Assembly: GCA_002104945.1 (NCBI GenBank)
Contig: MCFH01000022.1
Location: 248,001 to 312,000, forward strand
Origin: Piromyces finnis finn
Lineage: Eukaryota > Fungi > Neocallimastigomycota
Direction: 5' to 3'
DNA: 64,000 nucleotides
Shown here one piece after another: positions 54,282-64,000 of this stretch (its first letter is position 1; each line of letters begins with the position of its first letter). Below the pieces are notes generated by a model, which saw only the letters and a list, made by a program, of their open reading frames with translations, ran no database searches and was not told where the DNA came from. A program made the translations under genes and the position numbers.

Positions 54282-56349
54282 TAGTAGGTCATCTAATATA
54301 ATTAAAAGGTTGTACTAATATGACAAAGGAATATTCTAAATGTTAAATACACAAGATCTTTGAGTTGACAATTCAACTAAAAAAAAAAAAAAATTATCAT
54401 GGAAAAGTTTAATGAACACACTACCAGACATGATTCCTTTTTTTTTATTATTATATTTTTATTAATATATATTTTTATCCTGTTTATTTTTTTTTATTTT
54501 TAATAAAATATATTATTAATTAATGTAATTTTTTTTTTTTTTTAAAAAATTACAATGTATTCATTATAAGATTTAAAGTTATCATATTATAATAACCACA
54601 ACTTTTAATATTTGATTTTAGTAATGTATAAAAAATATTGTATTTTAATGATTAATCAACTTTTACATTTGATTATTCCTTATAAATACAATAATCTTAT
54701 CCATTAATAATTCAATGTCTTTTTTTTTTAAAAAAAAAAAAAAAAGAATTACATAGTATTATTCCTTTATACATTTACAAATTGTATAAATGACTATGGT
54801 TATAAAGTGTAATTTATTACAATTTTTTTTTTTATTCAACCCAAAATACTACCAGTTCAATTAATCCAATCATGTTGAAGATTTTTGGTTCTTTTAATAA
54901 TGAAATTAAAAAAAAAAAAAAGTATTTTATTTTCTATTTTTTATTTTTTTTCAAAAAATAATTTTTTTGGCTTTAAAATAAAAAATTATATTATTTTATT
55001 ATTTAAAAACAAAAAAGTAATAATCGTTTGAAAAATAAAAATAAATAATTTATTTGTAGTATTAACAGTTTATATTTTAAATAGTATTTTAAAGTAAAAA
55101 TCCAAAATAAAGCGTTTTTTTTTTTTTTTTAATAAAAAATTGAAGTCACTTTTAAAAAAAAAATAATAAATAATTTCATATCATAAATGGTGGTTAGTAT
55201 TTTTTTAGGATGGATAAAAATTAATATTCTATAATTTATATTTATAACAAAAATATTCTTTAACACTACTATTATTATCAATATTTTGAAATAGATAGTC
55301 ATCTCATTGATGAGATTGATGAACAATCTAAATAAAGGTGTAATTAAACAATCAATAAAAATAGTATGCATTTGTTGGGTAGTTAAATAAAATACACAAA
55401 TGGAAGACTATAACATTTAAAAGTAAATATAAAAGTAGAATGGAAACGAAGAAAAAACAAAAAAAAAAAATAATAATAATTTCATGGATTGGATTTTTTT
55501 TTTTTTTTTTGATTTATTCTATTTTTACATTTTTTATCAGAGCCACATAATTAAACAATAAAGGAAGCAATAAGCAACATTTTTACAATTAAGAAATGAC
55601 AGGTAAATAAACTATAAATAAACAACAACAATAAAAAAAAAAAGGATAAATAATCAAAGAGTCATTTATTCATCAGGAAATAAAATAGTATTACGTACGT
55701 ATTACAATATTTATTATTAAAAAGAGGTTTGTAAATTTCATAGCTATTTATTAAAATATAAATTAATATATATAAATATTTTTATTATTATTTTTTGTTA
55801 ATATTCTGTAAATAAAAAACAATAATATAAAATTAAATATATTATATAAATAATATTTATATATGAAAATGTATAATACATCATATATTATATTATATAT
55901 AATATAATATACAATTAATATAATAAATAAAAACTATCTTTTAAAAAATATATTCATTATATTTTCCAATTCAAATATATGTTTATTATTAATAATTGTT
56001 TTTTTATTAATAGAAATATTTTTACTATATTAGTAATAATAATGTTATCAATTTAAATATTATAATATATGATTTTTATTATATAAATAATATTCATAAT
56101 ATTATTAATTTTAATATTCGATACAATAATGAATTTTAAATTATTTTTATTTTTTTATTTATTTATTTTCAAATTTTACAGAAGATAAATAATTGCTATA
56201 AATTAGTTTTTATTTTTATTTTAAAATTATTAAAATTATATAAAAAAATAAGTATTTTTTTTTTTTTTTTACTCTTCGAAACTATTTAATTTATATATAA
56301 TAAATAATGAAATAAAAAAAAAAAAATAACATTTAGAAGAATATATAAA

Positions 56350-58078
56350 ATGGATAATATTGAAGAAAATATTAAACTATTAATTAATAAGGATAAACAA
56401 AGCCATGCCAAAAATATCAATTTGATAGATTTATTTATAAATTATATTCCACTTTCATCCCCTGAACAGACTACAAATCCATATAATATTCAAAAATTAC
56501 TAAAAAAGGACTATGAAATAGAAAATGTTGACACTTCTTATTTTCATTATATTAATGAAAATTTAAAAAATATAAATATAAATATTGTTGGTCGTCCTTT
56601 CTATCGGCAAACACATGATATAATAAATTGTAATAGTCAAAAGGAAACATTATCTAAATATTATCAATTTATTGTATCTTCTGGTCAAGAATGTTATCAA
56701 TTTTTAAATAATTATCCTCTATTTAAGCGGGCTTCTCTTCAAAAACCATTAATACAAAAACGCGAAAAAATTGAATATATAACAGCATTGGTAAAGTTAA
56801 AAAAAGAATTTTTTTTTTTTTTTTTTTAAATTCTTTTTAATTGCTCTATATTTATAGTTTATATTTTCTTTCTTTCTTTCTTTCTTTTTTATTTCTTTCA
56901 TTATTTAATATTATTAGTATAATACAATATTTTATTGTAGAACTATTATAATCAATCTATTATTTATTTATATTACCCCGTTTATTAATATGAAATAGTT
57001 GTAATTGTTTAAAAAAAAAAAAAGGATTTTTTTTTATAAAAAAATTTAATAGTAATTATTACTTCTTTTTATTTTAGTTTAAAGAATATTAGTTTTTCTT
57101 TTTTTTTTAAAAAAAAATAAAAACTATTACACTATTCTTTTTTGATATGGTGTTAATTTTATATATACCTTGTTTAAATATTGAATTATTTAGCCAGTAT
57201 CTGAAAATTCGAAAAAAGATAAAAATTTTTTAAAATATGAATTGAATCCATCTGGTAAAGAATTTTTATTGAAAACTAATAAGAATATTAAAATTTCCAC
57301 AATGAAGGTTTTTATTTCTACTTTTGTTCTTTATTATTAATAATTATATTATTATTACTACTTTTTATAGTAAATCATGCTTAATTTTTTTTTCTTTTTT
57401 TTTTTTTTTTTAACTTTATAATGAAAAATATTAATTATTAACAAAATAATTAAAGTTATTCTATACACTAGATAATGATGCACTAAGAATGTTTGAATTA
57501 AATGAAAATGATATTACATTTAATAGCTTTATTGTTAGTATTGATGTTTATATAAAATATCTTTCAAATATAATTATTACTTTGTATCCAGTTAATCTAG
57601 TAAAATTAACTTCAAATTTGAATAACTATGGTCAAAATGAAGAAAAAGAAGAAGAGGATTTAGAAGCTACATTAGTAAATAAAAAAAGAAGTTATAGTGA
57701 TATAAATAATGGAAATAATTCATCAATACTAAAAAAGGTAAAAATAGAAGAAAATGGAATAGGTATAAAAGAAGGGGGGGAGATCCAAACATTAGAAAAA
57801 TTAAATTTAAAACAAAAACCTCCCCTTCTACGAATTATTGATAACATTTTTAATGTAAATTATTTATCTCTAAATGATTTACCTTTTTCAAAAATTTGTA
57901 ATCATGGTCAATTACTTTTTATGAGAGAAAATGAAGAAAAAGATCAATATTTATATATTTTTTCTAGTGACTTTGCATTAAATATTGCGTCTCAATCTTC
58001 CTATTTTGATTTAGGTAAGAATAATTAAAATAAAAATGGTTGGAGTTTATAATATTTTATTTAATTTTTTTTAAATTT

Positions 58079-58113
<35 letters not shown>

Positions 58114-60060
58114 TTTTAAAATGTTTTATTATTAAAAAAAAAAAAAAAAGATATAAAAAATAATTATGTCCATAAAAATAAATATAAATTCTATTTTGAT
58201 TACTACAGTATTAGAGTCTTTAGTAACGATAGTATAGATAACTCATATGATTATTATGAAAACTATTTCTTAAAGAAAAACGATAAAACTAAAGTTCTTC
58301 AAAATACAAGTATTCCAGTTATTTATGCGCTCAGTAGAAACTTGAGTTCTTCAATAACATTAAAAATTATTTTATTTGTTTTAAGAATGAATTTGAATTA
58401 CACTAAAAAAGGAAAATATTCATCATTTTCGACTTCATCAGCTAATTCATTTTATACTAGCGATGGAAAGGACATCAAAGAAGATTTATCTTTTAAATTT
58501 AATGAAAAAACAGGATTAAGTTTTTTAAATGGAAAATATTCATCCGAACCATATCATTATTTATGGTTAAAAGATGATTTTATAAGTCATCCGTCTACTC
58601 ATTTTCAACATCAAGATAATAAAAAATATGGTAATGATAACATAAACAATAATGAAGATGAAAAGGATTTATTTGCATCATCATTACATTTTTCAAATGA
58701 AAACCTTGATGCGTCTATGACCAGTTATGATATAATTCGATTTAATGATAATAACTTTAATTCCCCTAATAATAATGAACTCCATCTAACAATTCCTATT
58801 AATAATAATGGAAGGACATCAATTAAGGATTATACAAGGGAAGAGACAACTTCGAAAAATAAATTATATTTATTTATGAAATCAACAAAAAAGTTTATTG
58901 CCACTTCCTATCAAATGGATTTCGTTCCTATAATATCCATTAACTTTTTTATGAAATCTTTGAAGCAAAGAATTATTCAATTTATCAATCAGCAGCTTTA
59001 TACTTCATCTTCAGAATTTCTTACTTTTTCTCGAAAATTTAATCATTTAGATCATCAAAATTCACTAACCTATCATGATTTTATATGTATACCAAGTATA
59101 ATGTTTGTACTTGCAGTTAAATTATATTATATTCATCCATCTCCCAAATCATTTGCTCTTATTCGATTATTATTAATGATCCATATAAAAAAACAAACAT
59201 TTTTAAATCCATCCATTGATAATAAAGGTAAAAAAAAAAAAAAAAATTAAAACATGATTAACTCTTTTATTTATTTAATATAAAAATATATTGATTACAA
59301 CAACAATAATAATATATATATATATATACTATTTGTCAGATTATAACTTTTTTGTTCAAGCATTGGATGAATTTTTTAAAATGATTAAAGAGATGTGGGG
59401 TTCATATTATGAGGATGAGATTTTAAATAATAAAAATTACATTATTCATCCTCAACTTTATAATAGAAAGCCTCATAAAGATCTTCAAAATATTTTCCTT
59501 AATAAAACTAAAAAAACACTTTCTTTTCGTTCCTTTATTAATATTTTATTTGGTGATGAAATAATTAAATATTATAATGGTAATTTAAAAATTATAATTT
59601 ATGTAATTATCTATTATTCAATAATTTTATTAATAATTATTTTGTTGTTAGAACCTTCATCTCATGAAATAATTCTAGGTAAAGATCAAGATGGTACAAT
59701 TCAAGTTACAGATAAGAATGAGAGAAAATATATTGAAAAAAGTCCAGATAATTATGGAATTGAAGATAAAAAATCAATCTTTAAATATTTTTCTACACTT
59801 TATACAAATCATTGTTTAGCAAATTATTTATTGAAGCAATGTCGTCTCAATCCTACAGCATCATTCACTTTAGGATCTCCCCAAAACAATAAATCGAAAA
59901 AAAAATATGGTAATAATCCTCCTGTTTATTATCAAGGAATTTATTTATTTTTAAGTCGTAAGGTATAGATAAAACATATTGTTTAATAATTATTATTTTA
60001 TAATGATTTATTATTTTTTCATTCCATCCATTATTTTCATTATTAATAAATTTAATAAAA

Positions 60061-60096
<36 letters not shown>

Positions 60097-61497
60097 AAAT
60101 TTATATAAATTAAATAGATTAAAAAATTATATGTTGAAGATATAAACAAAAAATTGGATTATTTTTTAATTGAAGATAATTTTGAAATTTTACAAGTTAT
60201 TGAAGAAGATGATGATATCGAATTAGAAAAAGGAATAATAGACATTTACGAAAAAATTGATATAAAAAAAGAAAATATTGGAAAAAAGGAAAAAAGAAAT
60301 GAACCTGATCCTAAAGTATCCCTTAGAAAAGCTTGTTCCCCTTTAACAAAATCGTTATTAATACGAATCTTTAGACCTTATATTATTCATCTATTTGATA
60401 TCCATTGCCAGTGTATGTATTGTTGTCAAAATCAAACATTAAATAAAAATCATCATAGTCATTCTAGCCATTCTAATTATCATCAGCATTATATTTGTGT
60501 CAATCAAGTTATGAAATATTTACTCTCTGCGTCATCAATATCATCCTCTTCACCCTATGTTCTTTTAGAAAAATATAATAAAAAAATTGAAAGTCTATAT
60601 GTTAAAAATGAATTCGTTTCTTCACCTACTACTACTCCATCAAATTCTCATAGATATAACCATTTTTTTTCTCTTGAAAAAAAATGGAAAAAATGTGTAA
60701 AAGAAAGAAAGATAAATGAATTTTTTTCTAACCCTCAATTTTATGATATGAATTTAAAAGAGGAGAAAGCAATTCATGATAGTATCACCTTTTTCCGGAA
60801 ATATAAAGCGGTTGTTTTACAAAAATTAAATGAAGAAGCAAAAAGTTATTTATCATCAATTCAATTATCATCATCATCGACATCATCGGCTCCCACAACT
60901 TCAACGACTGCATCATTAATTCCATCGATTACTTCTTCCTCTGATAAATCCGTGAAGGAAACACAAGAACAGCGATTTATTTGTCGTATTCCAAGCTTTT
61001 TAAAAAGAAATATTAATCCGCAATTAAAAAGTAATGAAATTAATTTTAAAATGATGTTAAATGAATTTAATAGAAACCGATCGGAATATTGTTGTACATG
61101 TTATGTAAGTCTACATAAATTAGTAAAAGAAATCATCAAAACAAAACAAAACTTTTCAATTATATTAATTAATTAATTAATTTTATATATATATATATTT
61201 TTTTTTTTTTTTTGGTTATTATTTATCTTTTAGGACTATTTATATCATGGTGGTCATTATCTTTGTAGACATATTATTGCAGGACAATTGAATAATATAT
61301 ATGAAAAACAAAAAAGCAGGGGTAGAAAAGGAAATACAAGTACCAGTACAATATCTCATTCTCAATCATTATTATCATCCTATCCTTCTTCTAATGCTAA
61401 AATGTCTTTACTAGAAATAAAACGAAGTAAATATTCTACTACCAATCCATTCTTAAAATTATTACAATTACAATTATTAAATATTATTAAACATTAG
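56350..61497 (+). CDS. Intron-containing Mutator (MULE) transposase-derived protein with C-terminal SWIM zinc finger, probably domesticated
   Basis: Eight frame-consistent exons can be built: about 56350-56790, 57194-57254, 57472-58014, 58238-59227, 59340-59579, 59652-59962, 60118-61104, 61234-61497. MULE-core-like segments appear in the expected order: LYIFSSDFALNIASQSSYF, IPVIYAL, MDFV, LDEFFKMIKEMW, TNHCLAN. Splicing yields the SWIM motif YCCTCYDYLYHGGHYLCRHII. Confidence 0.7.
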
Positions 61498-62426
61498 AAT
61501 AGAATTTCCAATTCTAAAACTATAGAGTGAAATGTCCATAATCCTAAAAATCAGATACAATTAGGATAATAGTTTTATTTATACATTACTATAAATAAAG
61601 AGTTTAGATAGTTTAACTTTATTAATATTATTGCTTTATTTTTGAACTATATAGAGGGAATAATTAATGTTTTTTTTTTTTTTTATAAAAAAAATAACTA
61701 TATAGAAATATTTATAAAATAAAATAAAATAAAATAAAAATAAGAAAAAAAAAATTTTTTTTTATTAATAAATAATTGTTAAGTGATAATGCTTATTATT
61801 ATTATTTTATTAATTATTATTATTATTTTAAAATAGATTAATACTAAAAATCTTAGAGTTTATTTAAAAATGGGAATATTAAATAATTAATATATATATA
61901 TTTTTTTATTTTTTATAAATTCAATATTTATAAAAATAAAACTTTTTTTCCTTTCAAATGAAATATTAATAGTAATAGTTATAGAATAAAGGGAATAATT
62001 TAATTAGATAATAATATTAAATATAATTTAAAAAAATAAAAAGTTTTATAATAAATAATATATTATTAAAAGTATAGTATAGTATATAAAGAAAAAAACA
62101 AAAAAATAAATAATATATATTTTAAAGATAATTAATGATACAAAATGTATAAAATGACAATTAGTTTTTTTCTTTTTTTTTTATAAATGTATATATTCAA
62201 TTTCATTTTCGTTTTGATGGATGATAATAAAAAAATAAATTTTCTTTTATCTTTTTTTTTTTTTTTTTCGTTATTAAAAATATTATTGATGATTATGTTA
62301 ATATTATTAATATGAAAAGAAAAAAAAATAAATAAAATAAAATTTCATTTTTTTTATTTACAAATAATGATAAGGATGCTTTTTTTTTTTTTTTTTTTTT
62401 ATTTATTTATTTATTTAAAGTTGAAA

Positions 62427-64000
62427 TTAATTTAATACGGTGGCCGAAGTAGTCTCTTCATTTGTTGAATTTATTATGTCGGTTGTAATATCGGAAGAAT
62501 AGGGAATAGGTTTCATGGTATCGAGATTTGTAGAGGATGAATAATTTTTGGAATTAATTTGTTTGTTGTTGTTGTTGGAGTGATGTTGTTCTTCATTGCC
62601 ATCACATTTTTTTTTAAACTTTTCTAATATTTCATTGAAAGTTACATTACTACTTCCACCATTTTTATTAGATATATCTGAATTATAAATAATATGACGT
62701 GGACCATACTCTTTTTGTAAATCTGATAATGTAATATTATCATTATCTGTATTACAATTTCTTTGGAATTGCTTTAAAAGATTTTGAAAGGATTCACGAT
62801 GATGATGACTACTATTGATGTTTCCATTTAGATGATGAATAGGATAGTTTGGATAGGATATATAGCTCAATGGATTATTTAAATCTACAGAACCTCCCTT
62901 TTTTGCAAAGGAGGCATAACTATCATACTGAGTATTACGAGCTTTGTCATTGTCACCATTCAAATTACTATTTTTATTATGGGATGATTTAGATAAGGTA
63001 GGTGAAGAGTTTTTATTAAATATATCATTGGTAGAAGGATCATGATTTCTATATGAAAGAGATGAGGATGATGAGGATGATGAGGATGATGAATAATTAC
63101 AACTATTTTTAATTTTATTATTTAAAATTTGATGATGCACATTCTTTGCATTGTTTTCATTATCAAAGACTAGTTCTTTATCACAAAAATATTTATTATC
63201 ATCATCAATGTAGCCTTGACAATCATAATCAGATTTGTTGGATGAATATGTAGGAGATCCTGCTGAAGCAGTAAATTTGTTAAGACAATTTTTTTTATTT
63301 ATCTTTGACTCATTCTTGTATAGCGTGTCATTTTTTTTATTTTGAATTATTATATTCTTACCTTCTTTATCCAAACTTGTATGATAATTATTTTCATTTG
63401 TTTGATCACGAAGATAAACGTTACTCTCAGTATCCATGAGTACTTCGGTTATTTCTTCTGTGCAATTTTGACTAATATCTTTCTTTGATTCAAATGTTTC
63501 AATTGGATATTCCTCTTTCTCAGTTAAATAGCTGTCGTTTAATCTTCGTGTATTATAATAATCTGAAAAATTTTTACCTTCTTTTTTCTGTAAATCCTTT
63601 CTGTCTGTAAACGCTATTTTCTCTACTTCAAGCTCGGAATGTTTAGAAGGACTTGATATAGCACTTTTACCATCTTTAGCCGAGGATGAAATATCGGTAG
63701 ATGGAATTGAAGTAATAAAAGAAGAAATATTAGTCATTTCTCCTTCTTCATTTGATACTTTTGAAAAATCTGCATTAATTGTTTCATTTTGTTGTTCAAG
63801 GAAATTTTTTATATTATGAATTTCATTTTTATATTCATCTGTATTACTATCGCCACATAATTTATAATTTTTTTTTTGTCTAACTAATTCGGACTTTGAA
63901 GGCAATATTAATGATGACTCATTATCACTTTGGTCATTAGTTGCCTTGTAATAATTTTTAAGAATATTTATATTCTTGGCATCTTGCTTTAAAAGATTAG
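62427..64000 (-). CDS. Low-complexity Asn/Ser-rich protein, 3' portion (frame open to the window edge)
   Basis: The ORF 62427..63905 stays open upstream to position 64000. It has poly-Ser and His/Asn-rich tracts and no recognisable domain. Confidence 0.6.
   Translation of the reverse strand, partial: NLLKQDAKNINILKNYYKATNDQSDNESSLILPSKSELVRQKKNYKLCGDSNTDEYKNEIHNIKNFLEQQNETINADFSKVSNEEGEMTNISSFITSIPSTDISSSAKDGKSAISSPSKHSELEVEKIAFTDRKDLQKKEGKNFSDYYNTRRLNDSYLTEKEEYPIETFESKKDISQNCTEEITEVLMDTESNVYLRDQTNENNYHTSLDKEGKNIIIQNKKNDTLYKNESKINKKNCLNKFTASAGSPTYSSNKSDYDCQGYIDDDNKYFCDKELVFDNENNAKNVHHQILNNKIKNSCNYSSSSSSSSSSSLSYRNHDPSTNDIFNKNSSPTLSKSSHNKNSNLNGDNDKARNTQYDSYASFAKKGGSVDLNNPLSYISYPNYPIHHLNGNINSSHHHRESFQNLLKQFQRNCNTDNDNITLSDLQKEYGPRHIIYNSDISNKNGGSSNVTFNEILEKFKKKCDGNEEQHHSNNNNKQINSKNYSSSTNLDTMKPIPYSSDITTDIINSTNEETTSATVLN

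Noticed and set aside
36206-55371. Short F/I/L/K-rich ORFs in the track (for example 36206, 40919, 43260, 43538, 55129; also 6097)
   Set aside because: They are expected by chance from A/T homopolymers in intergenic or intronic DNA, or are antisense to real exons.
55700-62300. Intact autonomous Mutator transposon around the MULE-like gene
   Set aside because: I saw no terminal inverted repeats or target-site duplication, the catalytic residues look degenerate, and the gene is intron-rich.

Overview
Very AT-rich, intron-containing eukaryotic DNA, almost certainly from an anaerobic gut fungus (Neocallimastigomycota), inferred from fungal CBM10-type dockerins, a solute-binding-protein/7TM receptor fusion and flagellar genes. 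In order, the window holds: a modular cellulosomal xylanase (signal peptide, 3x GH11, 2 internal dockerins, CE4); an unassigned GC-elevated ORF island; an SBP-GPCR; a Cys-rich GPI-like surface protein; a bacterial-type aldo/keto reductase; a divergent organellar EF-Ts-like gene; THI6, ARG7 and RIB4 (RIB4 is missing from the ORF track); a retroposed SINE-like element with poly(A) and a 13-bp target-site duplication; an AAA-ATPase-like/PD-(D/E)XK pseudogene; a coiled-coil RING-like gene; CCDC151/ODAD3, TVP18 and DRC3; an F-box-like/ankyrin gene; DBP9 with an upstream partial duplicate; an 8-exon Mutator-transposase/SWIM-derived gene; and a truncated low-complexity ORF. The strongest leads are the EF-Ts relic in a lineage whose hydrogenosomes lack a genome, the apparently domesticated MULE-SWIM gene, and the tRNA-like-headed SINE just upstream of RIB4. 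Exon boundaries were assigned by eye from GT-AG sites and frame continuity. Homology calls come from recognised motifs, not database searches.
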